This document shows, one piece after another, positions 1 to 11,002 of a stretch of 64,000 bases of DNA; position 1 is the stretch's first letter, and each line of letters begins with the position of its first letter. The notes below the pieces were generated by a model that was not told the DNA's origin, ran no database searches, and worked only from the letters and a program-made list of their open reading frames with translations. Where the stretch lies: the IMG/VR virus record IMGVR_UViG_3300025853_007458; one strand, written 5' to 3'. Position numbers and translations under genes: made by a program. Origin of the DNA: an uncultured virus (IMG/VR IMGVR_UViG_3300025853_007458) (lineage: Duplodnaviria; Heunggongvirae; Uroviricota; Caudoviricetes).

Positions 1-3000
1 TTTCTGATGGATCAAATACACAAGATTTAGATTTAGGTAATACATTAACTATTACTTCAGGTGAAGGAATTGACGCTGTTGTATCTGCAACAGACACTTT
101 AACAATTTCTGCTGAAGAAGCTACTTCATCTAATAAAGGGGTTGCTTCATTTAACGCTACAGACTTTACAGTAACTTCTGGTGCTGTAACTCTAAACGCT
201 GAAAGAGTACAAGACATTGCTGGTGCAATGTTTAGTAGTAACACAGAAACACTTATTACTGCTACATACCAAGACGCTGATGGAACAATTGATTTAGTTG
301 TTGATAATGATTTATCAAATTACGACAATACTACATCTGCCTTTATAACTGCTTCAAGTTCAGACACTTTAACAAACAAAACATTTGACGCAAATGGAAC
401 TGGTAACTCAATTACAAATATTGAAGTTGCAGACTTTGCTGCTGGTGTTTTAGATACCGATTTAGCATCTACATCTGCTTCACATAACACTTTAGTATCT
501 GCTAAAGCTGTTAAAGATTATGTTGACGCTCAAGTAACTGCTAGTGACCTAGACTTTCAAGCAGATACAGGCGGTTCTTTATCTATTGATTTAGATAGTG
601 AAACTTTATCGTTTACAGGTGGAACTGGTATTGATACAGTTGGTTCAGGAAATAATGTAACATTTAATATAGACTCAACTGTTGCGACATTAACAGGAAC
701 ACAAACTTTAACTAATAAAACTTTAACTTCTCCTGTTATTTCTACAATTTCAAATACAGGAACTGTTACTTTACCAACATCTACAGACACATTAGTTGGT
801 AGAAATACTACTGATACGTTAACAAATAAAACTATTGATACTGCTAACAACACAATTACTGTTGTTGAGGCAGACATATCTGATTTACAATCTTATATAC
901 TTGCTGATAGTACTGATACTTTACAAAACAAAACAATTAATTTATCAGATAATACTTTAACAGGTACAACAGCACAATTTAATAGTGCTTTATCAGATGG
1001 CTCATTTGCTACATTGGCTGGTACTGAAACATTAACAGGTAAAACAATTAATACTGCAAGTAACACAATTACTGTTGTTGAAGCTGATATTTCAGATTTA
1101 CAATCGTACATTTTAGCGGACTCTGCTGATACTTTAGAAAACAAAACTATTGCTTTAGGAAGTAATACAATCTCTGGTTCACTTGCTGAATTTAATAGTG
1201 CATTATCAGATGGTTCTTTTGCTTCATTAGCAGGAACAGAAACATTAACAAATAAAACTTTAACAAGTCCAGTAATTGCTACAATTACAAATGTAGGAAC
1301 ATTAACACTACCTACGTCAACTGATACACTAGTTGGTAGAGCTACTACTGATACATTAACTAACAAATCTATTAGTTTAACAAATAATACTGTAACAGGT
1401 ACTCTTGCTGAATTTAATACTGCTGTATCAGACGCTACATTAGTTTCTACAACAGGTACAGAAACACTAACTAATAAAACTATTAATAGTGCAAATAACA
1501 CAATTACAATTACCGAATCTGATATTTCTGATTTAGGTGCGTATATTACAGCTTCATCTACAGATACTTTAACAAATAAAACTATTAACGCTTCACAATT
1601 AGTAGATAGTTCAGTTTCAAATGCTAAATTAGCAAACTCTACAGTATCATATGGTGGTATTCAATTATCATTAGGTGGATCAGACGCAACACCAGCTTTT
1701 GATTTATCAGACGCAACAAATTATCCTACAAGTTCACTAGTTGGTACAATCACAAATGCTCAGTTAGCTGGTTCTATCAGTAATGATAAACTTGCAAACT
1801 CATCTATAACTGTTACAGATGGAACTACATCAACTGCTACTTCATTAGGTGGAACAATTACATTCTCTGGAACTGCAAACGAAGTAGAAGTATCAGAAAG
1901 TTCTGGAACAATAACGGTTGGTTTACCAGATAACGTAACAATAGGAAATAATTTAGTTGTAACAGGTAATTTAACAGTTTCAGGTTCAACAACAACTGTA
2001 AATACAGAAACAATTAATTTAGCTGATAACACAATTGTTCTAAACTCAAATGCTACAGGTTCTGCTACAGAAAATGGTGGTATTGAAATAGAACGTGGTG
2101 ATGATACAAATAAAACATTATTATGGAACGAAACATCAGATAAATGGACTGTTGGTTCTGAAACATTTGTTGCTGGAACATTTGAAGGTGCTTTAACTGG
2201 TAACGTAACTGGTAATGTAACTGGAGATGTAACTGGAGATGTAACAGGAAATTTAACTGGTGATGTAACTGGTGATGTAACAGGAAATTTAACTGGTAAT
2301 GTAACTGGTGATGTAACAGGTAATGCTGACACAGCTACTGCATTAGCGACTGCTAGAACAATTGGTGGCGTATCATTTGATGGCACAGCAAATATTAATT
2401 TACCAGGTGTTAATACAACAGGTAACCAAGATACTTCAGGTAACGCTGCAACGGCTACTGCGTTAGAAACTGCTAGAACAATTGCTGGTCAATCATTTGA
2501 CGGTACTGCTAATATCACAATTGCTTCAACAGATTTATCTAACACGTCAAATATTACTTTAAATGACGCAACACAAACTTTAACTAATAAAACTTTAACT
2601 AGTCCAGTAATTGCTACAATTTCAAATACAGGTACTTTGACATTACCAACAAGTACAGGTACAGTAGCACTTACAAGTGATATTCCTACAAATAATAATC
2701 AGTTAACAAATGGTGCAAGTTATATAACTGCTTCTAGTACAGACACATTAACTAATAAATCTGGTAACATATCACAATGGACAAATGATGCTGGTTACTT
2801 AACTTCGTTTACAGAAACAAACGACTTAACAGCTTCAGTAACTTGGGCAAATGTACCTGACGCAAATATAACTGAAAGTTCAGTAACGCAACACCAGGCA
2901 GCATTAAGTGTTACAGAATCACAAATTAGTGATTTACAGTCTTACATTACGGCTACAAGTACAGATACATTAACAAATAAAACAATTGACGCTTCTAGTA

Positions 3001-3182
3001 ATACAATATCAAATATTGGAGACAGTCAATTAACAACAGGTATTGACGCTGCTAAGATTTCATCTGGATCAGTAAGTAATACTGAATTTGATTATTTAGA
3101 TGGTGTTACATCAAGTATTCAAACACAAATAGACAACAGAGCAACAAAAGGTTTTGCTATTGCTATGGCAATTGCATTATAA
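1..3182 (+). CDS. Long Thr/Ser-rich repetitive tail fibre protein, 5'-truncated by the window edge
   Basis: Frame of the 228..3182 ORF is open back to position 3 ([12 protein letters not shown]...). Repeated TLTNKT, G(N/D)VT and [10 protein letters not shown].GxSFDG modules typical of marine myophage fibres; C-terminus [11 protein letters not shown]. Confidence 0.8.
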   Translation, partial: SDGSNTQDLDLGNTLTITSGEGIDAVVSATDTLTISAEEATSSNKGVASFNATDFTVTSGAVTLNAERVQDIAGAMFSSNTETLITATYQDADGTIDLVVDNDLSNYDNTTSAFITASSSDTLTNKTFDANGTGNSITNIEVADFAAGVLDTDLASTSASHNTLVSAKAVKDYVDAQVTASDLDFQADTGGSLSIDLDSETLSFTGGTGIDTVGSGNNVTFNIDSTVATLTGTQTLTNKTLTSPVISTISNTGTVTLPTSTDTLVGRNTTDTLTNKTIDTANNTITVVEADISDLQSYILADSTDTLQNKTINLSDNTLTGTTAQFNSALSDGSFATLAGTETLTGKTINTASNTITVVEADISDLQSYILADSADTLENKTIALGSNTISGSLAEFNSALSDGSFASLAGTETLTNKTLTSPVIATITNVGTLTLPTSTDTLVGRATTDTLTNKSISLTNNTVTGTLAEFNTAVSDATLVSTTGTETLTNKTINSANNTITITESDISDLGAYITASSTDTLTNKTINASQLVDSSVSNAKLANSTVSYGGIQLSLGGSDATPAFDLSDATNYPTSSLVGTITNAQLAGSISNDKLANSSITVTDGTTSTATSLGGTITFSGTANEVEVSESSGTITVGLPDNVTIGNNLVVTGNLTVSGSTTTVNTETINLADNTIVLNSNATGSATENGGIEIERGDDTNKTLLWNETSDKWTVGSETFVAGTFEGALTGNVTGNVTGDVTGDVTGNLTGDVTGDVTGNLTGNVTGDVTGNADTATALATARTIGGVSFDGTANINLPGVNTTGNQDTSGNAATATALETARTIAGQSFDGTANITIASTDLSNTSNITLNDATQTLTNKTLTSPVIATISNTGTLTLPTSTGTVALTSDIPTNNNQLTNGASYITASSTDTLTNKSGNISQWTNDAGYLTSFTETNDLTASVTWANVPDANITESSVTQHQAALSVTESQISDLQSYITATSTDTLTNKTIDASSNTISNIGDSQLTTGIDAAKISSGSVSNTEFDYLDGVTSSIQTQIDNRATKGFAIAMAIAL

Positions 3183-3193
3183 ATATATAAATA
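3178..3193 (+). promoter_or_regulatory. Two tandem T4-type late promoters (TATAAATA x2)
   Basis: TATAAATA at 3178-3185 and 3186-3193, just upstream of the ATG at 3207; gp55 is encoded in the window. Confidence 0.7.
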
Positions 3194-3206
3194 AGAGAGA
3201 GAAAAC

Positions 3207-3539
3207 ATGGCACAAAATTTTAGAAGATACACAGCAAGAAACGTTGGAACTTCAGCTACAACAGTATTTACAGCTGACAGTTATGACACAATAATCGGTA
3301 TAGGATGCGCTAATATTACAACGGCTGAAATAAAAGTTGACGTTATATTAAATGACGCTGATTCTTCAAATGACGTGTACCTTGTTAAAGGTGCACCAAT
3401 TCAAAGTGGTGGTGCTTTACAAGTAATAGATGGTGGGGCTAAATACGTAGTAAAAAGTGGAGACGTTTTAAAAGTCGTTTCTAATACTGCTAGTTCACTT
3501 GATGTTATTGTAAGTACAGTAGATGATATTTCAACATAA
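3207..3539 (+). CDS. Small beta-rich virion/tail-fibre-associated protein
   Basis: 110 aa between fibre genes, after a late promoter; resembles small proteins that follow ...AMAIAL-ending fibres in marine phages. Confidence 0.55.
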   Translation: MAQNFRRYTARNVGTSATTVFTADSYDTIIGIGCANITTAEIKVDVILNDADSSNDVYLVKGAPIQSGGALQVIDGGAKYVVKSGDVLKVVSNTASSLDVIVSTVDDIST

Positions 3540-3548
3540 GGAAATTAA

Positions 3549-3803
3549 ATGGCTTATATAGGAAACAACATAGATAGTAGTAAAGTCAGATTTGCTGAAA
3601 TGAAGGCTACTTCTTTAGACAAATCAGCAGTACAAACAATTTATTTGAGTGGTGGTGAAGCTGGGGTTAATAATTCACCAGTAGATGCTTTTGGGATTTC
3701 TTTAGAACAAGTAATAACGGATTGTGAAAATCCAGGTTTCGATATTATTGATATGGGAACAATTGTTGCGGCAGTTGGAATAGTTGATTTTGGTTATATT
3801 TAA
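3549..3803 (+). CDS. Small tail-associated protein with MAYIGN N-terminus
   Basis: 84 aa, AAGGA RBS; MAYIG start is common among marine phage tail proteins. Confidence 0.5.
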   Translation: MAYIGNNIDSSKVRFAEMKATSLDKSAVQTIYLSGGEAGVNNSPVDAFGISLEQVITDCENPGFDIIDMGTIVAAVGIVDFGYI

Positions 3804-3838
3804 AAATTAAAAACAAAGGTAGTTAAACAACTTATTAT

Positions 3839-3846
3839 TATAAATA
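3839..3846 (+). promoter_or_regulatory. T4-type late promoter
   Basis: TATAAATA upstream of the fibre gene at 3884. Confidence 0.7.
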
Positions 3847-3883
3847 ATACAAGTTAGTTTGTTAAAAAAGGGAGAGAGCAACA

Positions 3884-6382
3884 ATGCCAACAATTTTACA
3901 ATTAAGAAGAGGTACTACTGCTGAAAACGATGCCTATACAGGTTCAGTCGGTGAATTAACAGTAGATACTACATTAAATAAACTTCGTTTACACGATGGA
4001 TCTACTGCAGGTGGTGACACTATTGGAGATGGATCAGGAAATATTCAAATCGGTGTAACAGGAAATAACGAAATAGATACATCATCAGGAAATCTTACTA
4101 TAGATTCAGCTGGTGGTACAGTTACAGTTGATGATAACTTAACAGTATCAGGTAACTTAACAGTATCAGGAACAACTACTACTGTAAACTCAACTACTAT
4201 TGATGTACAAAATGCTTTAGTATTTGAAGGTAGTACAAGTGACGATAACGAATTAACTTTAACAGCAGGTGACCCTACTGCTGATAGAACAATTACTCTT
4301 CCAGACGCTACTGACACATTAGTTGGTAAAGCAACAACAGATACTTTAACAAACAAAACTTTAACAAGTGCTGTATTAAATACAAGTGTTTCAGGTACTG
4401 CTATATTAGATGAAGACAATATGGCATCTGACTCTGCTACACAACTTGCAACTCAACAATCTATTAAGGCATATGTTGACTCACAAGTTACAGCTCAAGA
4501 TTTAGATGTTGCTGGTGATACTGGTACAGCTGCTATTGATTTAGATAGTGAAACATTTACAGTTGCTGGTGGAACTGGTATTAGTACTTCAGGTGCTACA
4601 AACACATTAACAATAAATTTAGATGACACAGCTGTTTCTGCTGGTGCTTATGGTTCTTCAACTGCAATTCCAACATTTACAGTTGACGCTCAAGGACGAT
4701 TAACTGCTGCTGGTACAGCTGCCATATCTTCAAATATGTCAATTGCTGGTGATAGTGGTACAGACACAATCACAGTTGGTACAGATACTTTCACAATTGC
4801 TGGTGGTGCTGGATTAACATCAACTGCTACAACAGATACAATTACTTTAAACATTGATAGTACTGTTGCAACATTAACTGGTTCTCAAACACTTACAAAC
4901 AAAACAATCAATAGTGCTTCAAACACAATTACAATTACTGAATCTAATATATCAGATTTAGGTTCTTATATTACAGCTAGTTCTACTGAAACATTAACTA
5001 ATAAAACTATTGATAGTGCTTCAAACACTTTAACATTAGATTTATCTGAAGGTACTTTAACTGGTACAACAGCACAATTTAATAGTGCATTAAGTGATGG
5101 TTCATTTGCTACATTGGCTGGTACTGAAACATTAACTAATAAAACTTTAACTAGTCCAACAATCACAGGTACAGGTGCTATCGCTGGTACATTTACTGGT
5201 GATGTTACAGGTAATGCCGATACGGCAACTGCATTAGAAACTGCTAGAACAATTGCTGGTCAATCGTTTGATGGTAGCGCTAATATAACAATTGCTTCAA
5301 CAGATTTATCAAACACAAGTGATGTTGTATTATTAACATCAACTCAAACGTTAACAAACAAAACTTTAACCAGTCCTACAATCACAGGTACAGGTGCAAT
5401 CGCAGGAACATTTACTGGTAATATTACTGGTGACGTTACAGGTAATGCTGACACAGCAACTACACTTGCAACTGCTAGATCAATTGCTGGTCAATCATTT
5501 GATGGTAGTGCTAATATTACAATTGCTGCTACAGATTTATCCGACACAGATCAAAGTTTATCTACTACAGATAATGTAACGTTTAATGATTTAACCGTTT
5601 CTGGTAATTTAACAGTAAGTGGTACTACAACATCAGTAAATACAGAAACTATAAATCTTGCTGATAACACTATTACTTTAAATAGTAATGAAGCAGGCAC
5701 ACCATCACAAGACGGTGGTATAGAGATTGAACGAGGAACATCTACAAATAAAACTTTAGTTTGGAACGAAACAGATGATAAATGGACTGTTGGTTCAGAA
5801 ACATTTGTAGCAGGAACATTTGAAGGTGCCTTAACAGGTAATGTTACAGGTAACGTAACAGGTGATGTTACAGGTAATGCCGATACGGCAACTGCATTAG
5901 AAACTGCTAGAACAATTGCTGGTCAATCGTTTGATGGTTCAGCAAATATAACTATCGCTTCAACAGATTTATCTAATACGTCAAATATAACTTTAAATGA
6001 CGCAACACAAACCTTAACTAATAAAACATTAACGTCACCTACAATTACAGGTACGGGTACGATTGCTGGTACATTCACAGGTAATATTACTGGAGATGTA
6101 ACAGGTAACGCTGACACAGCAACAACATTAGCAACGGCTAGAACAATCGCTGGTCAGTCATTTGATGGTAGTGCAGACATAACTATTGCTTCAACTGATT
6201 TATCAGATACAGCTGATATTGCGTTACTGACTGCTACACAGACTTTGACAAACAAAACAATTGCTGCTGGATCAAACACGATTTCAGGCCTTACATCTTC
6301 ACACTTTGCTAGTGCTGTTACATTAGTAATTAATGATTCAACTGGATCTGCTGTTAAGACAATTGTTGGTTCTGCAAGTTAA
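3884..6382 (+). CDS. Tail fibre protein with Mtd-N-like N-terminal anchor
   Basis: N-terminus LQLRRGTTAE...GELTVDTT...LRLHDG resembles the major tropism determinant N-terminal domain; body shares repeat modules with the first fibre. Confidence 0.75.
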   Translation: MPTILQLRRGTTAENDAYTGSVGELTVDTTLNKLRLHDGSTAGGDTIGDGSGNIQIGVTGNNEIDTSSGNLTIDSAGGTVTVDDNLTVSGNLTVSGTTTTVNSTTIDVQNALVFEGSTSDDNELTLTAGDPTADRTITLPDATDTLVGKATTDTLTNKTLTSAVLNTSVSGTAILDEDNMASDSATQLATQQSIKAYVDSQVTAQDLDVAGDTGTAAIDLDSETFTVAGGTGISTSGATNTLTINLDDTAVSAGAYGSSTAIPTFTVDAQGRLTAAGTAAISSNMSIAGDSGTDTITVGTDTFTIAGGAGLTSTATTDTITLNIDSTVATLTGSQTLTNKTINSASNTITITESNISDLGSYITASSTETLTNKTIDSASNTLTLDLSEGTLTGTTAQFNSALSDGSFATLAGTETLTNKTLTSPTITGTGAIAGTFTGDVTGNADTATALETARTIAGQSFDGSANITIASTDLSNTSDVVLLTSTQTLTNKTLTSPTITGTGAIAGTFTGNITGDVTGNADTATTLATARSIAGQSFDGSANITIAATDLSDTDQSLSTTDNVTFNDLTVSGNLTVSGTTTSVNTETINLADNTITLNSNEAGTPSQDGGIEIERGTSTNKTLVWNETDDKWTVGSETFVAGTFEGALTGNVTGNVTGDVTGNADTATALETARTIAGQSFDGSANITIASTDLSNTSNITLNDATQTLTNKTLTSPTITGTGTIAGTFTGNITGDVTGNADTATTLATARTIAGQSFDGSADITIASTDLSDTADIALLTATQTLTNKTIAAGSNTISGLTSSHFASAVTLVINDSTGSAVKTIVGSAS
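5198..5938 (+). repeat. Identical 78-bp direct repeat inside the fibre gene (5198-5275 and 5861-5938)
   Basis: ggtgatgttacaggtaatgccgatacggc...caatcgtttgatggt read identically at both positions. Confidence 0.85.
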
Positions 6383-6448
6383 TAATCAATTAATCTAAAC
6401 CGATTTTTAGACACACCATAATTGCGTCTTTGCAACGCCTAATAATCG

Positions 6449-6456
6449 TATAAATA
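6449..6456 (+). promoter_or_regulatory. T4-type late promoter for gp13-gp17
   Basis: TATAAATA 17 nt before the gp13 ATG. Confidence 0.75.
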
Positions 6457-6472
6457 GTATAAAAGGATTAGT

Positions 6473-7288
6473 ATGGCCAACCCAGCAACAAGAGAAGAAT
6501 TAAAACAGTACGCTTTAAGAACATTAGGCAAGCCTGTCATTGAGATAAATGTAGATGACGATCAGGCTGAAGATAGAATAGATGAAGCGTTACAATATTT
6601 TGCTCAATATCATTATGATGGCGTTGAAAGAACATACCTTAAATATCAAGTAACTCAAGCAGACGTAGATAGAATTAAATCACCTACAGGTGATACTGCG
6701 TCAAGTGTTACTAAAAATTCAGTTACTACTGCATGGACTGAACAAAATAATTTCATAGTAGTACCAGAAGCTGTATTAGCAGTTACAAGAATATTCCCTC
6801 TATCAAATAGAGGTAATCAAAATATGTTTGATGTACGATATCAAATGAGATTAAATGATCTATATGATTTTTCATCTACTTCAATTATTCATTATGAAAT
6901 GGTAATGAAACATTTAGATTTTTTAGACCACATATTAGTAGGTGAAAAACCTATTAGATTTAATCAATACAATAACAAATTATTTGTAGATATGGATTGG
7001 AAAACAGATATATCAGTAGGTGAGTATCTTGTTATTGAATGTTTTAGAAAATTAGACCCTACGGTTATGACAGACGTTTATAACGACATATACTTAAAAA
7101 GATATGTTACTGCATTACTTAAAAGACAATGGGGTGCGAATCTATCAAAATTTAATGGTGTTACTATGATTGGTGGTGTAACACTAAATGGTCAACAAAT
7201 ATTTTCAGAAGCTTTAGAAGATATAAGAAAATTAGAAGAAGAAATAAGAGGCACATACGAAACGCCTGTAACGTATATGATAGGATAA
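6473..7288 (+). CDS. gp13: Neck protein gp13
   Basis: MANPATREELKQYALRTLGKPVIEINVDDDQ, QWGANLSKF and GGVTLNG motifs; synteny. Confidence 0.92.
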   Translation: MANPATREELKQYALRTLGKPVIEINVDDDQAEDRIDEALQYFAQYHYDGVERTYLKYQVTQADVDRIKSPTGDTASSVTKNSVTTAWTEQNNFIVVPEAVLAVTRIFPLSNRGNQNMFDVRYQMRLNDLYDFSSTSIIHYEMVMKHLDFLDHILVGEKPIRFNQYNNKLFVDMDWKTDISVGEYLVIECFRKLDPTVMTDVYNDIYLKRYVTALLKRQWGANLSKFNGVTMIGGVTLNGQQIFSEALEDIRKLEEEIRGTYETPVTYMIG

Positions 7289-7292
7289 AACC

Positions 7293-8093
7293 ATGCCAGT
7301 TAATCATTATTTTCAAGGTGGCAATGGTATAGGAAATGACTCTGAAAAAAGATTACACGAAGATTTAATCATAGAAGGTCTAAAAATTTACGGCCACGAT
7401 TGTTACTATTTACCAAGAACACTTGTTAACCACGATTTAGTTTTAGGAGAAGATGTCCTATCTAAATTTGATCAATCATATATGTTAGAAATGTATATTG
7501 AAACAACTGAAGGATTTGCAGGTGAACAAGAATTAGTATCTAAATTTGGTTTAGAAATTAGAGAAGATACAACATTTATGATTTCTAAACGTAGATGGCA
7601 AAATCAAGTTGATAGTACAGCTACATTAATCAAAACAGGAAGACCAAACGAAGGTGATTTAGTTTATGTACCTTTAATGAACAGTTTTTTTGAAATACAG
7701 TTTGTTGAAGACCAAGAGCCATTTTTTCAATTAGGCAATTTGCCAGTTTATAAATTAAAAACAACTAGATTTGAATATAGTTCAGAAAAATTAAACACTG
7801 GTGTGCCAGAAATTGACGTTGCTGAAGATAGATTATCTATAGACCAATTACAACATCAATTAACATTAGAAGATGGTGGTGGTATCATGTTAGAGGATTC
7901 TGATACTACATTAAACACTATAAACTTCTTATTGACAGAAACACACGAAGATAAAAATCTTGCAACACAAACTAGAGATTATGCTGATAACGCCACGTAC
8001 AATGCTGACGCTGGGTTTGATACTGCTAGTACAGGTGATGACATATTAGACTTTACAGAAAGAAACCCTTTCGGAGAGGTTGATGAAACATAA
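7293..8093 (+). CDS. gp14: Neck protein gp14
   Basis: YYLPR, SKFGLEI, RPNEGDLVY, PFFQLG and NPFGE motifs; synteny. Confidence 0.92.
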   Translation: MPVNHYFQGGNGIGNDSEKRLHEDLIIEGLKIYGHDCYYLPRTLVNHDLVLGEDVLSKFDQSYMLEMYIETTEGFAGEQELVSKFGLEIREDTTFMISKRRWQNQVDSTATLIKTGRPNEGDLVYVPLMNSFFEIQFVEDQEPFFQLGNLPVYKLKTTRFEYSSEKLNTGVPEIDVAEDRLSIDQLQHQLTLEDGGGIMLEDSDTTLNTINFLLTETHEDKNLATQTRDYADNATYNADAGFDTASTGDDILDFTERNPFGEVDET

Positions 8094-8851
8094 TGTTTGG
8101 AAAACAATTTTACCACGAATCATTAAGAAAAATTGTTGTATCATTTGGTACAATATTCAATAACATTATCATTGTAAGAAAAGATGGTGATGGTGGTACA
8201 ATACAAAGATTAAAAGTACCTCTTGCATATTCGCCTAAAGAAAAGTTTTTAACAAGATTAGAACAACAACCTAATTTAGATCAAAGAGAAATGGCAATGT
8301 CATTACCTCGTATGGGTTTTGAAATTGCTGGTTTGTCTTATGACTCATCTCGTAAGTTACAAAGAGTTGGTAAGTTTAAAAATGTAAATACTTCAGACGC
8401 AACTAAACAATATTATCAATACAATCCTGTACCTTACAATTTGTCATTTAACTTATATTCATTTACAGCAACTGCTGAAGATGGTCTATGTATTATAGAA
8501 CAAATACTACCATACTTTCAACCAGACTATACAGTTACAGTAAATGCAATACCAAGTATGGGTATAAAAAGAGATGTACCGATAACACTAAATAGTGTTG
8601 ATTATCAGGATACATATGATGGTTCATTTACACAAAGAAGAGCTGTAAACTATACATTAAACTTTACAGCAAAAACTTATCTATATGGCCCTATATATTC
8701 TAGTAAAGTTATTAAAACTGCTCAAACAGATTTATATAACGACACAGGCACTAGTGCAGAAAAAGAAGAAAGAATTGTTGTAGTTCCTAATCCGACAACT
8801 GCTGACGCTGATGATGATTTTGGATTTACAACAACTATAACGAATTATTAA
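8093..8851 (+). CDS. gp15: Tail sheath stabiliser/terminator gp15
   Basis: FGTIFNNI, VPLAYSPKEKF, LPRMGFE and EQILPYFQP motifs. Confidence 0.92.
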   Translation: MFGKQFYHESLRKIVVSFGTIFNNIIIVRKDGDGGTIQRLKVPLAYSPKEKFLTRLEQQPNLDQREMAMSLPRMGFEIAGLSYDSSRKLQRVGKFKNVNTSDATKQYYQYNPVPYNLSFNLYSFTATAEDGLCIIEQILPYFQPDYTVTVNAIPSMGIKRDVPITLNSVDYQDTYDGSFTQRRAVNYTLNFTAKTYLYGPIYSSKVIKTAQTDLYNDTGTSAEKEERIVVVPNPTTADADDDFGFTTTITNY

Positions 8852-8853
8852 TT

Positions 8854-9327
8854 ATGACTATAGATGAAAAAATAAACGAAGCTCTTGGTATCTCTAACGA
8901 GAAAATACTAACTAAAGCTGTTGTCAAAAAAGAATATACACCTCCTGTACCTAGGTTAGAAGATAAAAATAAAGAAGATGTGGACAATGATTACAAGTAT
9001 AGTAGAGAAAACTATTACAATCTTATAGAACGAGGCCAAGACGCAATTCAAGGCATACTTGATATTGCAAACGAAAGTCAACACCCTAGAGCATACGAAG
9101 TTGCAGGTAACTTAATTAAACAAGTTGCTGACACAGTTGATAAGTTACAAGACTTGCAAGGTAAATTAAAAAATCTAAAAGACGTTCCAAATAAAACATC
9201 TACAAATATTAAACAAGCATTATTTGTTGGTTCTTCAGCAGAGTTACATAAAATGTTAAAGAATAAAAATAAAGATATTGAAAGTGAAGAAGACAAAGAT
9301 TTTAAAAAGGTAAATCCTAATGACTGA
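8854..9327 (+). CDS. gp16: Terminase small subunit
   Basis: DYKYSRENYY, HPRAYEV and LFVGS motifs; directly upstream of gp17. Confidence 0.9.
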   Translation: MTIDEKINEALGISNEKILTKAVVKKEYTPPVPRLEDKNKEDVDNDYKYSRENYYNLIERGQDAIQGILDIANESQHPRAYEVAGNLIKQVADTVDKLQDLQGKLKNLKDVPNKTSTNIKQALFVGSSAELHKMLKNKNKDIESEEDKDFKKVNPND

Positions 9328-10951
9328 AGCATATCTAGGTAACCCTAACCTATATAAAGCAAATCTACAACAAAGTTACACCGAAGATCAAGTAAGAGAG
9401 ATTGCAAAGTGCATGGATGATCCTATACACTTTATAAAAACATATACTAGAATTGTAAATATTGATGAAGGTCTAGTACCTTTTAATATGTATGGTTTTC
9501 AGGAAAAAATGGTTAAGACATTCCATGAAAATCGTTTTTCTATTTGTAAACTACCAAGACAGTCAGGTAAGTCAACAACAATTATTGCATATCTATTACA
9601 TCAAGTTATATTTAACGATAATATAAATGTGGCCATACTTGCCAACAAAAGTTCTACTGCTAGAGATTTATTAGGTAGACTTCAACTTGCATATGAAAAC
9701 TTACCTAAATGGTTACAACAAGGTGTCTTAAACTGGAACAAAGGTTCACTTGAATTAGAAAACGGTTCAAAGATACTTGCAGCTGCAACATCAAGTTCCG
9801 CTATTCGAGGTGGTTCATTTAATATCATATTCCTTGATGAGTTTGCTTTCATACCTAATAACATATCTGAGCAATTTTTTAGTTCAGTATATCCTACAAT
9901 TTCTTCTGGTAAATCTTCTAAAGTTATGATTGTATCTACACCACATGGTATGAATATGTTTTATAAACTGTGGAATGACGCAATACATGGAAGAAACGAT
10001 TATAAACCTATTGAAGTACATTGGTCAGAGGTACCTGGTAGAGATGATAAGTGGAAAGAAGAAACAATTAGAAACACAAGTGAGGCACAATTTGCTACAG
10101 AGTTTGAGTGTGAGTTTGTAGGTTCAGTAGATACATTAATCAATCCATCTAAATTACGAAACTTATCACACAATACACCACTAGTATCTAACGAAGGTTT
10201 AGATATGTACGAAAGAGCAGAAAAAGGTAAAGATTATGTTATGACAGTTGACGTAGCACGTGGTACTGTAAGAGATTATTCTGCCTTTACTGTATTTGAT
10301 GTAACACAAATGCCATATAAGTTGGTTGCAAAATTTAGAGATAACGAAATTAAACCTATATTATTTCCTCATACTATTGAGAAAGTCGCAAGAGCATATA
10401 ACAATGCTCATATATGTGTTGAAGTAAATGATCTAGGACATCAAATAGCAGACGCTTTACAGTTTGAATTAGAATACACAAACTTATTAATGTGTATGAT
10501 GAAAGGTAGAGCAGGTCAGATATTAGGTGGTGGTTTCAGTAAAAGAGGTACGCAATTAGGTGTACGTATGACCAAACAAGTAAAACGTATAGGTTGTTCT
10601 AACTTAAAATCATTGTTAGAAGGCGACAAGATATTGATAAATGATTTTCATACAATACAAGAGTTATCAACATTTGTAAGAAGAGGATCAGGTTGGCAAG
10701 CAGAGGAAGGTTCTAATGACGATTTAGTTATGTGTTGCGTTATATTTGCATGGATAACAAATCAAAGATATTTCAAAGAAATGACAGACCAAGATGTACG
10801 TGCTAGAATGTATGAAGAACAACAAAACGCAATAGAACAAGATATGGCACCCTTTGGTTTCATGGACAATGGTATGGAAGAAGAATATCAACAAGATGAT
10901 AGTGGCGAAGTATGGCGGCCAGTTACCGTACGAAAAGGTGAGATATTATAA
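9320..10951 (+). CDS. gp17: Terminase large subunit
   Basis: Walker A PRQSGKS, Walker B IFLDEFAF, STPHG, nuclease acidic residues (VDVARG, DDLVM). Confidence 0.97.
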   Translation: MTEAYLGNPNLYKANLQQSYTEDQVREIAKCMDDPIHFIKTYTRIVNIDEGLVPFNMYGFQEKMVKTFHENRFSICKLPRQSGKSTTIIAYLLHQVIFNDNINVAILANKSSTARDLLGRLQLAYENLPKWLQQGVLNWNKGSLELENGSKILAAATSSSAIRGGSFNIIFLDEFAFIPNNISEQFFSSVYPTISSGKSSKVMIVSTPHGMNMFYKLWNDAIHGRNDYKPIEVHWSEVPGRDDKWKEETIRNTSEAQFATEFECEFVGSVDTLINPSKLRNLSHNTPLVSNEGLDMYERAEKGKDYVMTVDVARGTVRDYSAFTVFDVTQMPYKLVAKFRDNEIKPILFPHTIEKVARAYNNAHICVEVNDLGHQIADALQFELEYTNLLMCMMKGRAGQILGGGFSKRGTQLGVRMTKQVKRIGCSNLKSLLEGDKILINDFHTIQELSTFVRRGSGWQAEEGSNDDLVMCCVIFAWITNQRYFKEMTDQDVRARMYEEQQNAIEQDMAPFGFMDNGMEEEYQQDDSGEVWRPVTVRKGEIL

Positions 10952-10954
10952 ATA
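10947..10954 (+). promoter_or_regulatory. T4-type late promoter for gp18/gp19
   Basis: TATAAATA overlapping the gp17 stop codon. Confidence 0.7.
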
Positions 10955-11002
10955 TAAACGAGATTAATGATACCTATTAGCTAATAAGAGGAGAACAAAC
11001 AT

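Noticed and set aside
2190..2325. Short periodic repeats as a possible CRISPR array
   Set aside because: 12-bp coding period with no unique spacers and no cas genes.
557..6117. Minus-strand Val-rich ORFs within the fibre genes
   Set aside because: Antisense shadows of Thr/Asn-rich repetitive coding sequence; fully nested in plus-strand genes.
3884..6382. Diversity-generating retroelement suggested by the Mtd-like N-terminus and repeats
   Set aside because: No reverse transcriptase in the window, and the repeats are in-frame coding modules without an adenine-specific mismatch pattern that I could see.
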